A stretch of DNA of 35,632 bases from positions 1 to 35,632 of the forward strand of contig CAYJUW010000003.1 of the NCBI GenBank assembly GCA_964373495.1, read 5' to 3'. Positions within the stretch are counted from its first letter, which is position 1, and each line of letters begins with the position of its first letter. Position numbers and translations under genes: made by a program. Source of the DNA: an uncultured Candidatus Saccharibacteria bacterium. Lineage in GTDB: Bacteria; Patescibacteriota; Minisyncoccia; Sungbacterales; SURF-37. Below, piece after piece: positions 17,125 through 25,760 of the stretch. Below the pieces are notes generated by a model. The model was given only the letters and a program-made list of their open reading frames with translations, was not told where the DNA came from and made no database searches.

Positions 17125-17556
17125 ATGCTTTTGGGCGAATACCAGCACACCATTGACGAAAAAGGCCGGATGGCCGTCCCCGCAAAGTTCCGCAAGACCC
17201 TTTCCGGCGGCGTGGTGGTGACCAAGGGCGCGGAAGGATGTCTTGACCTCTACCCCGTGGAGGAGTGGATCAAGCTCGCCGAGAAACTTGCCAAGTTGCC
17301 CATCAATCAGGCCGACGCCCGCGCGTTCTCACGGCTGCGCTTGGCCGGCGCCAGCCACGCCGACATTGACAGCCAGGGCCGGGTGTTGATCCCGGACTAC
17401 CTGCGGAGCTACGCCGGCATTCAGGGCAAAGCGATCATCGTCGGCCTCTATAACCGCGCGGAAATCTGGGAGGAGGGCAAGTGGCAGCGCTACCGGGCCG
17501 AAATCGAAGAGAAGGGCGACGCCATTGCCGAGCGGTTGGGGGGTCTCGGCATCTGA
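17125..17556 (+). CDS. mraZ: Transcriptional regulator MraZ
   Basis: GEYQHTIDEKGRMAVPAKFR, IDSQGRVLIP and AEIW; 143 aa. Confidence 0.96.
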   Translation: MLLGEYQHTIDEKGRMAVPAKFRKTLSGGVVVTKGAEGCLDLYPVEEWIKLAEKLAKLPINQADARAFSRLRLAGASHADIDSQGRVLIPDYLRSYAGIQGKAIIVGLYNRAEIWEEGKWQRYRAEIEEKGDAIAERLGGLGI

Positions 17557-17557
17557 C

Positions 17558-17639
17558 GAGGCGCTAGGGATGAGGCACTAGAAATTTGAAAATCATCCCA
17601 TCCGTTACTTAGTGCCTACCATCTAGTGCCTAGTGCCTC
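17558..17639. repeat. GGCACTA/TAGTGCC inverted heptamer repeat
   Basis: gaggcgctagggatgaggcactag...tagtgcctaccatctagtgcctagtgcctc. Confidence 0.7.
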
Positions 17640-18674
17640 ATGATTCACCAGCCGGTTCTTCTTAACGAAGTTCTGCATTATTTAAAACCAGAGCCGGGGA
17701 AGAACTACATTGATGCCACCGCAGACGGCGGCGGGCACGCCATAGCCATTGCCAAGGCCATCCGGCCCCTCGGCCTCGCTCGGGGTAAGCCCGCCTTCGC
17801 CAAGGCTTCCGCCGACGCTCCCTCCGCCGCTCAAGCTTCGGCGGGCAAGAAAGCTTTGGCGGACAGGTCGGCGGGCAAGCCGGGTAAGCTCCTGGCACTC
17901 GAGTGGGATGAGTCACTTTTCCCGGAGCTTCGGGAACGGCTCAAAAAAGCATGCGGCAGTTTCAGCAAAAATTGCGTATTGCGGCGAACGAACTATACCC
18001 GGGTCGAATCCCTCGTTCGCTCGTTGCGGTTCGGCCCGGTCATGGGCGCGCTCTTCGACCTTGGATTCTCTTCGTTCCATCTCGAGGCGTCCAGGCGCGG
18101 TTTCAGTTTCCAGCGCGACGAGATCCTCGATATGCGCTACAGCCGCAAGGACCTCGCCGAGACCGCCGCTGACATCCTTCGGCGCCGCGCGCAACCGGAG
18201 CTTGAGCGCATGTTGAAAGAGTTCGGCGAGGAACGTTTCGCTCGGGCCATCGCCCGGGAAATCGTCCGGGCGCGGCGCGAGCGCCCGATCCGGAAGACGG
18301 GCGAGCTGGCCGCCATTGTGGAGGGCGCCACGCCCGGCTGGTACCATCGCGGACGCATCCATTGCGCCACGCGCACCTTCCAAGCATTGCGGATCGCCGT
18401 GAACCGCGAATTTGAAAACATCCCCCAGGGTCTGGCCGGGGCGAGCCGGGTGCTCGCCCCGGGCGGGCGGATCGTGGTCATCGCGTTTCACTACCGCGAG
18501 GATGCCCTGGTAAAGCAATTCTTCCGCCAGCCCGAGATCCGAAGCCGGTTTACGCCGCTGACGGAAAAGCCCGTCCGGGCCGAGGCCGATGAAATCGCCC
18601 GGAATCCGAGGGCGCGGTCCGCCCTCCTCCGGGCCTATCAAAAAATTACTGTTTGTCCGCCCGACTGGCGGTGA
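17640..18674 (+). CDS. rsmH: 16S rRNA m4C1402 methyltransferase with a 38-codon in-frame insertion
   Basis: HQPVLLNEV, DATADGGGH, FDLGFSSFHL, RGFSF, LDMRY, ATRTFQALRIAVN and NPRARSA. Confidence 0.95.
   Translation: MIHQPVLLNEVLHYLKPEPGKNYIDATADGGGHAIAIAKAIRPLGLARGKPAFAKASADAPSAAQASAGKKALADRSAGKPGKLLALEWDESLFPELRERLKKACGSFSKNCVLRRTNYTRVESLVRSLRFGPVMGALFDLGFSSFHLEASRRGFSFQRDEILDMRYSRKDLAETAADILRRRAQPELERMLKEFGEERFARAIAREIVRARRERPIRKTGELAAIVEGATPGWYHRGRIHCATRTFQALRIAVNREFENIPQGLAGASRVLAPGGRIVVIAFHYREDALVKQFFRQPEIRSRFTPLTEKPVRAEADEIARNPRARSALLRAYQKITVCPPDWR
17766..17879 (+). mobile_element. Stack of four hairpin+tail elements (one tandem, three nested) inside rsmH
   Basis: Parses into units of 24, 30, 30 and 30 nt, each a hairpin followed by TAAG, CAAG or CAGG. 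Confidence 0.8.
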
Positions 18675-18732
18675 CAAACAGTAATCCTGAGTCCCGCTGA
18701 AAGCGGGACGAAGGAACTCGCCAACCTTCTCC

Positions 18733-19122
18733 ATGAGCGCGCCCAAGAACATGATCGCCGCACCCTGGAACCGCACCGCACCTGCCGCGGCGGTCTTGGC
18801 CTTGCCGCGGATGCGGGCGTTGGCGTGGTCCTTGGGCGACCGCTTCGGCCGGCGGCTCGGGGCGGGTGCGCTCATCATCGGCATTGTCTCAGGCATTGCC
18901 TACGTGGTCGCGGTAAACGCAATCTTGATCCACGGCGAGGCCATGAAGCGCGAAGGGAAGACCTTGGCAGCGCTGGAGCAGGAATACGCGGTCTTGCAGA
19001 TCGAGCTCCTCGGCCGCCAGTCCCCGGCGTGGCTTTCCCTACAGGCCCGGACCCAGGGCATGGTTGTTGTCGAGGGTCTCCGCTACCTTACCCGGCATCA
19101 ATCCGTGGCCCTCTCCCGGTAG
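18733..19122 (+). CDS. FtsL-like bitopic membrane protein
   Basis: Single transmembrane segment plus short coiled coil; lies between rsmH and the class B PBP. Confidence 0.6.
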   Translation: MSAPKNMIAAPWNRTAPAAAVLALPRMRALAWSLGDRFGRRLGAGALIIGIVSGIAYVVAVNAILIHGEAMKREGKTLAALEQEYAVLQIELLGRQSPAWLSLQARTQGMVVVEGLRYLTRHQSVALSR

Positions 19123-19134
19123 CGGCTGGCTATT

Positions 19135-19347
19135 GGCATACCCGGTAGTGAAACTTCGAACGGGGCGGCCTATCCGTTCGTGTTGCCTACCAAAGAAGAG
19201 TTTCTCTCCCTTCCCGAGCGGCGGGTAGACGGCCGGGGCCGCCCCAACAGGCCCCTCACCAGGGCAGAGTAGCTTCAAAAAGTTGCTTCGCATTCGGGCG
19301 AATTCATTCTCTCTTGTTTGTTTGAAGTTCTACTACCGGGCATACCC
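19135..19347. ncRNA. Candidate structured RNA between the ftsL-like gene and ftsI
   Basis: Closing stem cccggtagtgaaacttcgaac / gtttgaagttctactaccggg, inner stem ggggcggcc/ggccgcccc, and further hairpins. Confidence 0.45.
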
Positions 19348-19359
19348 GGGGCTTCTCAC

Positions 19360-21102
19360 GTGGTTTACCTCCGGCTTCACCAGTCCTTTCACGCGCGCCT
19401 CACGGTCCTGGTGCTCTTTTTCCTGGTGGTCCTCGCGGCGATCCTCGGCCGCGTTTTTTCTTTGGCCATCGTTGAACATCGAACCTTCGTGCTCGCGGCC
19501 GAACGGCAGCAACAGTTCTCCGAGATCCTGCCCTCTCGCCGCGGCATGATCTACGGCCAGGATCGCTCCGGTGCGCTCGTACCCCTGGCGCTGCAAAAAT
19601 CATTCTCCACCCTGGTCGCCGTTCCGAAAGACGTCGCCGATCCCGGCCTCGCCGCTAAGGTTCTGGCCGAGCTCTTGCCTGTGCCGGAGGCCGAGCTCCT
19701 GGCCAAACTTTCCAAGCGCGATGATCCCTATGAGATCCTGGCCCGCAAGCTGGATGACGCGGCCGCCGAGAAGATTCGCGCCCTTGGCCTGAAAGGGATT
19801 ACCCTGGGGGAGGAGACGCGCCGGGTCTACCCCCAAGGCGCCCTGGCATCATCGCTCCTCGGTTTCGTGAGCTACGCCTCGGGCGAGGAGCGGGGCGAGT
19901 ACGGCATTGAGAAGCAGTACGAAACCCACCTCAAAGGCGAGCGGGGGTTTTTCGCCGGCGAGCGCGATGCCGCCGGCTTCTGGGTGGCCATCGGCAAGCG
20001 CATCCTCGATCCGCCGGAAAACGGCGATGCGGTCGTCCTGAGCATTGATCCCAATATCCAGTTCCGCGCCGAGGACGTGCTCGAGCGCCTGATTGAGCGT
20101 TGGGGTGCGGAGTCCGGAGCGGCGCTGGTCGTGGAGCCGGCGACCGGTCGCATCCGCGCCTTTGCCTCGCGACCGACCTTCGACCCCAACGAGTATTCAA
20201 AGGTGAAGGACTACTCGCGGTTCCGGGCGCCGCTGGTGGATGCGCAGTTTGAGCTCGGCTCGGCCTTTAAGCCCATCACCATGGCCGGGGGTTTAAATGA
20301 GGGCGTGGTCACCGCCTCGACAACCTATCAGGATCCGGGCATGATTGCCTTTCGCGGTTTCACCATTTCCAACTTTGATGGGCGCTCCCACGGCGTGCAG
20401 ACCATGACCCAGGTGCTGGAGAAGTCGCTGAACACCGGCGCGGTCTTCGTGGCCCAGCGCCTCGGCCAGGAGCGGTTTCTTGAATACCTCAAGCGCTTCG
20501 GCTTCGGCGCGCCCACCGGCGTTGATTTTCCCGGCGAGATTTCGGGCGATATCTCCAACCTCGCCTCCGGCCGCGACGTGGATTACGCCACGGCTTCCTT
20601 CGGGCAGGGGATCGCCATAACCCCGCTCCAACTGGCTCAAGCCATCGGCGCCGTCGCCAACAAGGGAACGCTGATGCGACCGTCTGTCGTGGAAAAGATT
20701 ATTGATGATTCCGGGAACGAAGAGATTCGCAAGCCCGTTGCCGTCGGCCAAGTCATCCGGCCGGAAACGGCCGAGACCCTGACCAAGATGCTGGTCTCGG
20801 TGGTGCGGAACGGCTTTGATCGCGGCGGGGTCAAGGGCTACTTCGTGGCCGGCAAGACCGGCACGGCCCAGATTCCGCGGCAGGACGGCCGCGGGTATTC
20901 GGATCAATTTATCCACACCATCGTCGGCTACGCCCCGGCCTTTGACCCGAAGTTTTTGATTCTCCTCCAGCTGAATAAGCCCACGGGCAACCGCTTTGCC
21001 GCCAACACCCTTTCCCCGGCCTTCCGCGAGCTGGCCGAGTTTATGCTCAACTACTATGAGGTCCCGCCGGATGAACCCCAGAATCTAGAATCTAGAAACT
21101 AG
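19360..21102 (+). CDS. ftsI: Class B penicillin-binding protein (FtsI/PBP2-like)
   Basis: RRGMIYGQD, RVYPQG, GIEKQYE, SAFK (SxxK), SLN and KTGTAQ; dcw context; GTG start inferred. Confidence 0.88.
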   Translation: MVYLRLHQSFHARLTVLVLFFLVVLAAILGRVFSLAIVEHRTFVLAAERQQQFSEILPSRRGMIYGQDRSGALVPLALQKSFSTLVAVPKDVADPGLAAKVLAELLPVPEAELLAKLSKRDDPYEILARKLDDAAAEKIRALGLKGITLGEETRRVYPQGALASSLLGFVSYASGEERGEYGIEKQYETHLKGERGFFAGERDAAGFWVAIGKRILDPPENGDAVVLSIDPNIQFRAEDVLERLIERWGAESGAALVVEPATGRIRAFASRPTFDPNEYSKVKDYSRFRAPLVDAQFELGSAFKPITMAGGLNEGVVTASTTYQDPGMIAFRGFTISNFDGRSHGVQTMTQVLEKSLNTGAVFVAQRLGQERFLEYLKRFGFGAPTGVDFPGEISGDISNLASGRDVDYATASFGQGIAITPLQLAQAIGAVANKGTLMRPSVVEKIIDDSGNEEIRKPVAVGQVIRPETAETLTKMLVSVVRNGFDRGGVKGYFVAGKTGTAQIPRQDGRGYSDQFIHTIVGYAPAFDPKFLILLQLNKPTGNRFAANTLSPAFRELAEFMLNYYEVPPDEPQNLESRN

Positions 21103-21170
21103 AGTGTAGAATTTGGCGGGCGCATTATAGGTTTCGTCTTCTAGATTCTAGATTCTGAATTCTAAATTCT
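21081..21170. repeat. CTAGAAT/ATTCTAG inverted heptamer repeat
   Basis: gaatctagaatctagaaactagagtgtagaa...ttctagattctagattctgaattctaaattc. Confidence 0.75.
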
Positions 21171-21171
21171 C

Positions 21172-22482
21172 GTGAAGCCCATACTACAAGGTATCCTTGT
21201 GTTCCTGGCACGAGCTACGCTCCGGCGCTACCGACCGATGATCGTTGGCATCACCGGGTCGGTTGGCAAGACCTCCACGAAGGAGGCGGTCTTTGCCGTG
21301 CTCTCGGCGAAGTACCGGGTCAGGCGCTCAGAGAAGAACTACAATACCGAAATCGGCGTTCCGCTCACCATCCTCGGCATTCCACACCACGGTCGCAATG
21401 TCTTCAAGTGGTTTTCCGCGTTGTTCCGCGTAGCATTCCGCGTCTTATTCCTCGTGGACGAGTATCCGGAGATACTCGTCCTGGAGATGGGTGCCGATCG
21501 TCCCGGCGACATCGCCTACCTCGTCAAGCTCGCCCCGCCGTTCGTCGGTGTGGTCACGGCCATCGGCGAGATTCCGGTGCACGTGGAGTTTTTCGCCGGG
21601 CCGAGGGAGCTCGCGCTCGAGAAATCAAAACTCATCGCCGCCCTGCCGCCGGAAGGGTATGCGGTGCTCAACCACGATGATGCCGCCATCCTGGAAATCA
21701 AAGGCCAGACACGAGCCCATGTTTTCTCGTATGGGTTTGAAGCCGATGCCATGATGAGAATCATGAATCATGAATCGCGAATCAGGGAACAAGACGGGAG
21801 GGTTGTTGGCGCCGGTACCGATGTTACCCTCGCGCACGGCGGCAAGATCATTGTGGCTCATCTCCAAAACTCATTTGGCAAGCCGCAGGCCTATGCCGCG
21901 GCCGCCGCGGCCGCGGTGGGGCTCGTCCTAAACATGAGCATGCCGGAAATTGCCGCTGCGCTTGGGCGCTACGAATCGCCGCCCGGCCGCCTGAAGCTCC
22001 TCCGCGGCAACAAAGGGGCGCTCATCCTCGACGACACCTATAACGCCTCGACGGCTTCCACCCGCGCCGGCCTGGAGGTCTTGCGCGAGTTTCCGGCTAC
22101 GCGCCGCATTGCCGTGCTCGGCGACATGCTCGAGCTCGGGAAGTACACCGAGGCCGCCCACCGCGCCGTGGGCGATGCGGTGGCCAAGGCGGCGGATCTT
22201 TTCATTGCGGTGGGGGAGCGGATGAAGTGTGCGCTCGACGAGGCCGCCCATGGCCGCATGGAAAACCGCCGCCAGCTCCCCGCGGCGGCATGCCTATGGT
22301 TTCGAGAAAGCCGCGCGGCCGGCCGGAAGCTTGATAATCTCCTCCGGCCAGGTGACGTGGTGCTCGTCAAGGGCTCGCAGAGCATGCGCATGGAGCGGGT
22401 GGTGGAGGAAATCATGGCCGAGCCGCAACGGGCTAAGGAACTATTGGTACGCCAAGATTTGGAATGGCTAGGTCGACCGTAA
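21172..22482 (+). CDS. murF: UDP-N-acetylmuramoyl-tripeptide--D-Ala-D-Ala ligase
   Basis: GITGSVGKTSTKE, NTEIGVPLT, DDTYNAS, LGDMLELG and VLVKGSQSMRME. Confidence 0.93.
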   Translation: MKPILQGILVFLARATLRRYRPMIVGITGSVGKTSTKEAVFAVLSAKYRVRRSEKNYNTEIGVPLTILGIPHHGRNVFKWFSALFRVAFRVLFLVDEYPEILVLEMGADRPGDIAYLVKLAPPFVGVVTAIGEIPVHVEFFAGPRELALEKSKLIAALPPEGYAVLNHDDAAILEIKGQTRAHVFSYGFEADAMMRIMNHESRIREQDGRVVGAGTDVTLAHGGKIIVAHLQNSFGKPQAYAAAAAAAVGLVLNMSMPEIAAALGRYESPPGRLKLLRGNKGALILDDTYNASTASTRAGLEVLREFPATRRIAVLGDMLELGKYTEAAHRAVGDAVAKAADLFIAVGERMKCALDEAAHGRMENRRQLPAAACLWFRESRAAGRKLDNLLRPGDVVLVKGSQSMRMERVVEEIMAEPQRAKELLVRQDLEWLGRP

Positions 22483-22487
22483 TCTAA

Positions 22488-22525
22488 CATAAGGTTTACT
22501 GCCCGATCGGACAGTAAACCTTATG
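22488..22525. terminator. Long palindrome downstream of murF
   Basis: cataaggtttactg...cagtaaaccttatg. Confidence 0.45.
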
Positions 22526-22590
22526 CGCATTTTTGTCGTTTGGTTTGAGAGCTTTTCCGTTCGAGGACTCTCTGTTATACTCTGGCCGTT

Positions 22591-22666
22591 GGCCCTATCG
22601 CCCCGCACTAAAATTGCTTCGCGATTTAGTACGGGGTAAATCGAGAGGCCTAGGACGTCAGATTCT
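22591..22666 (+). pseudogene. Interrupted 5' half of a tRNA-Glu-like gene
   Basis: Removing 22601-22640 gives GGCCCTA-TC-GTCGAGAGGCCTAGGAC-G-TCAGA-TT-CT, parallel to the intact tRNA-Glu downstream. Confidence 0.7.
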
Positions 22667-22684
22667 TTCGGTCGCCTAAATTTT

Positions 22685-22756
22685 GCCCCGATCGTCTAGT
22701 GGTCAGGACGCCAGGTTCTCATCCTGGTAACCGGAGTTCGATTCTCCGTCGGGGCG
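22685..22756 (+). tRNA. tRNA-Glu(CUC)
   Basis: GCCCCGA/TCGGGGC, CCAGG-TT-CTC-AT-CCTGG, CGGAG-TTCGATT-CTCCG. Confidence 0.95.
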
Positions 22757-22757
22757 T

Positions 22758-23351
22758 ATGGATACCGAAATCGAAGCGAAGTTTTTAGGTATTGATCCGA
22801 AGGCATTGCGCGAGAAGCTCCGCGCCGAGGGCGCGGAGCCCATCCACTCGGAGCGCTTCATGCGGCGGAAGAATTTTGATTACCTCGATAAGCGTCTGGA
22901 AAAGGTTGGCGGCTGGGTACGGGTGCGCGATGAGGTAGATCGGAAAACGCTAAGTTACAAACAGGTGAACGACCGGACGCTTCATGGCACCCAGGAGGTC
23001 ACCGTTACGGTACTCGACTTCGAGTACACATACCGTTTCCTCATGGCGATTGGCCTAGTCGAGAAAGCCGTACAAGAGACCAGGCGGGAAAAGTGGATAC
23101 TCGGCAGTGTAGAGGTGACCATTGATACCTGGCCGTGGATCCCGACGTTCGTGGAGGTTGAGGGCGCAAGCGAAGCAGAGGTGCGGGATGCGGCCGAGAA
23201 GCTCGGCTTCGATTGGAGCTCAGCCCTCCACGGGAGCGTTGAGATTGCCTACCAGCGGTATTTCGATGTAACCGAGGAGGAAATTTATAATTGTCCCCGC
23301 GTGATTTTTGGTCCAGTTCCCGAGCGGTTTGAATCCAGGCGGCGGCGGTAA
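22758..23351 (+). CDS. CYTH-domain protein (CyaB-like)
   Basis: EIEAKF (ExExK), WVRVR, LSYK and FVEVEG. Confidence 0.88.
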   Translation: MDTEIEAKFLGIDPKALREKLRAEGAEPIHSERFMRRKNFDYLDKRLEKVGGWVRVRDEVDRKTLSYKQVNDRTLHGTQEVTVTVLDFEYTYRFLMAIGLVEKAVQETRREKWILGSVEVTIDTWPWIPTFVEVEGASEAEVRDAAEKLGFDWSSALHGSVEIAYQRYFDVTEEEIYNCPRVIFGPVPERFESRRRR

Positions 23352-23357
23352 ACGACC

Positions 23358-23885
23358 ATGCGGCGGGTACTCGCTCAGTGTTTTTTCAACCGCCCCACCC
23401 TCCGTGTGGCTCGCGAGCTCGTTGGTAAGTATCTCGTGCGGAGGACTGGAAAACGCGTAATCGCTAGGATGATCACCGAGGTCGAGGCCTATCACGGCTT
23501 CCACGATCGCGCCTCGCACGCCAGCCGCGGCATGACACCCCGCAACCGCGTGATGTTCGGGAAGCCCGGATACTGGTATGTGTATTTCACCTATGGCATG
23601 CACTGGATGTTGAACATTGTGACTGAACGCGAAGGGTATCCGGCCGCAGTTCTCATCCGCGGGGTCCAAGGCGTTTCCGGTCCTGGCCGGGTGACGAAGT
23701 TCTTTAGGGTCGGCAAGGGTCTTAATGGGAAACCGGCCGCGCGCAAGACCGGTCTTTGGATTGAGGACCGGGGTAGGCGCGTTCCGCCGCGGATGATCCG
23801 GCGCGCCCCCAGAATCGGCGTCGAGTACGCCGGCCCGTGGAAATCGAAATTATGGAGGTTTTTTCTCTCTCCGCCAACCGCCTGA
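23358..23885 (+). CDS. DNA-3-methyladenine glycosylase (MPG/AAG family)
   Basis: VARELVGKYLVR, ITEVEAY, YVYFTYGMH, AAVLIRG, GPGRV and PRIGV. Confidence 0.92.
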   Translation: MRRVLAQCFFNRPTLRVARELVGKYLVRRTGKRVIARMITEVEAYHGFHDRASHASRGMTPRNRVMFGKPGYWYVYFTYGMHWMLNIVTEREGYPAAVLIRGVQGVSGPGRVTKFFRVGKGLNGKPAARKTGLWIEDRGRRVPPRMIRRAPRIGVEYAGPWKSKLWRFFLSPPTA

Positions 23886-24319
23886 ATAGGCCAAAGCAGT
23901 TCTGTTTGCTCGCGCTCGCCCTTGGGCTCTGGGCGTTTTTCGTCTATGTGCGATGGTTCGCCACGCGGGCGGAACTCCTCTTTATCAGCGCGACGGAGAT
24001 TGATCTCTTGGCCCATGTGGCCGGCGGAGTATTCCTCGCCGGCGTATTCGAGTGGTGGGGGCGGCGGCCGAAGCTGGCTATACTCCTCGTGCTCGTTGCC
24101 GGTATTGCCGCCGGTTGGGAACTCATCGAGCTATTCTTTGACCCGGCCATGCAGTTCTTCTACGCCAATGCCTATGACCTCTGGCTGCTCGATTCCATCG
24201 GCGATGTGTGGGGGGCCTTTCTCGGGAGCTACGGGTATTGGGTGTTCCTCCGCAACCGCAGATCAACGCTGATAGCTACGCAGATTCACGCAGATCACCA
24301 TACGCGCAATCCGCGTTGA
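23852..24319 (+). CDS. Membrane protein with H..GG / WE..E / D...D pattern (VanZ/DUF2238-like)
   Basis: About 4 transmembrane segments; AHVAGG, GWELIE and DSIGD; start uncertain; C-terminus runs through a repeat. Confidence 0.6.
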   Translation: MEVFSLSANRLNRPKQFCLLALALGLWAFFVYVRWFATRAELLFISATEIDLLAHVAGGVFLAGVFEWWGRRPKLAILLVLVAGIAAGWELIELFFDPAMQFFYANAYDLWLLDSIGDVWGAFLGSYGYWVFLRNRRSTLIATQIHADHHTRNPR

Positions 24320-24346
24320 TCAGCGTTTTATCTGCGCCTATCCGCG
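24256..24346. repeat. CGCAGA/CGCTGA inverted repeat element, copy 3
   Basis: ccgcagatcaacgctgatagctacgcagattcacgcagat...atccgcgttgatcagcgttttatctgcg. Confidence 0.75.
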
Positions 24347-25348
24347 CTAGGGGAGGAAGCCGATTTTCTCTTTGACTTCGGCCAGGGTCTGATTGGCAAT
24401 GGCCGCGGCGTTTTGGCTGCCTTGGCGAAGAATAGCCACGACCGTTTTTTCGTCCTTCTTGAGGTCGGCAAATTTTTCCTGCAGCGGCCGAAGCCCTTCC
24501 ACCACGGCCTCGGCAAGATCGGCCTTGAATGGCTCGTAGCCCTGGCTGGCGTAGGTCGCTTCGAGTTCCCGTACCGGCTTTCCGGAAAATTCGGAGAAAA
24601 TCACGAGCAGGTTCGAAACGGCCGGCTTTTGCTCCGGGTCGTATGTAATTTCCGTGCCTGAATCGGTCACCGCCGCTTTGATTTTATTGCGGATGGCATC
24701 CGGGGGATCAGTGAGCAGGATGTAGCCGCGGTCGCTCTCGCCTGATTTCGACATTTTTTTTGTAGGATCATCGAGGGACATGATGCGTGCGCTTTCTTTC
24801 TGGAGCATGGCCTCGGGCACGGTGAAGGTCTTGCCGTAGCGGTTATTGAAGCGCTCGGCAATGGAGCGGGCGAGCTCCACGTGTTGAACCTGGTCCTCGC
24901 CCACCGGCACCAGATTGGTCTGGTAGAGGAGGATGTCGGCGGCCATGAGCACGGGGTAGTTCAAGAGGCCGGCCATGACGCCCTGCTTGGCGCCGATATC
25001 GCGGCTCTTCTCCTTGAATTGGGTCATCCGCTCAAGCTCGCCCAATGGCGTCATGGTGCCCAAAATCCAGGCAAGCTCGGCATGCGCCGGCACGTGCGAC
25101 TGCACCATGAAGGTAACCCGCTTCGGGTCCAGGCCGGCCGCAAGGTAGATCATGGCCGCCTCGAGCGCGTACTGCCGGAGCTTTTCCGGCTCATGCGGCG
25201 TGGTGATGGCGTGCTCGTCCATGATGCCGAAAACAACCTCGTGGCCATCCTGGAGTTTCACCCACTGTTTGATGGCCCCCAAGTAATTTCCGATATGGAG
25301 ATCACCCGAGGGCCGGATGCCGGAGAAGATGCGTTTGTTGGCGGCCAT
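24347..25348 (-). CDS. trpS: Tryptophan--tRNA ligase
   Basis: SGIRPSGDLHIGNYLGA, YPVLMAADILLY, VPVGEDQ and KMSKS. Confidence 0.96.
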   Translation of the reverse strand: MAANKRIFSGIRPSGDLHIGNYLGAIKQWVKLQDGHEVVFGIMDEHAITTPHEPEKLRQYALEAAMIYLAAGLDPKRVTFMVQSHVPAHAELAWILGTMTPLGELERMTQFKEKSRDIGAKQGVMAGLLNYPVLMAADILLYQTNLVPVGEDQVQHVELARSIAERFNNRYGKTFTVPEAMLQKESARIMSLDDPTKKMSKSGESDRGYILLTDPPDAIRNKIKAAVTDSGTEITYDPEQKPAVSNLLVIFSEFSGKPVRELEATYASQGYEPFKADLAEAVVEGLRPLQEKFADLKKDEKTVVAILRQGSQNAAAIANQTLAEVKEKIGFLP

Positions 25349-25404
25349 AGCGTTTGCTATACTATATCCGCGTTGAGAATCGCCAGCGGGGAGGTGGGGC
25401 AAGT

Positions 25405-25740
25405 ATGGAGGTCTGGCGGATTGTTCTTATCGTGGTGTTTGGCTGGCTTTTGTGCGGAGCTCTTTCCATCGTTATTCCCCAGTGTTCAAGCCGTCTGCGT
25501 AAAAAGCTCATTCGCGTGAGCCAGCGGGACATCGAGTGGGCTACCGATCGCTATGCACGCCTCCGGGACTACTCGCGGCTGCAGGCGCGTCACCTCATCG
25601 GTGTGGATCGGATGAGCGACAGCGATCACCTGTACCGCATCTACGCCATGCTGTTGATCTCCGGGCTCTCGGCGTATGTGATTTTGTGGACTATTCACCG
25701 AAAGCCGTTACCCGAGAGATCTCCCTCCGGCAAGCCATAA
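25405..25740 (+). CDS. Hypothetical membrane protein
   Basis: GGAGGTG Shine-Dalgarno upstream; two hydrophobic segments. Confidence 0.5.
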   Translation: MEVWRIVLIVVFGWLLCGALSIVIPQCSSRLRKKLIRVSQRDIEWATDRYARLRDYSRLQARHLIGVDRMSDSDHLYRIYAMLLISGLSAYVILWTIHRKPLPERSPSGKP

Positions 25741-25760
25741 TGCGCTTGGCCGGATTTTCA

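Noticed and set aside
16691..17225. Short ORFs of 81-87 aa upstream of mraZ
   Set aside because: They run through palindromic repeats and the promoter; no protein-like features.
19135..19347. tmRNA, RNase P or SRP RNA assignment for the structured gap
   Set aside because: No tRNA-like ends, RNase P P4 consensus or SRP helix 8 motif was recognisable; left as an unassigned candidate.
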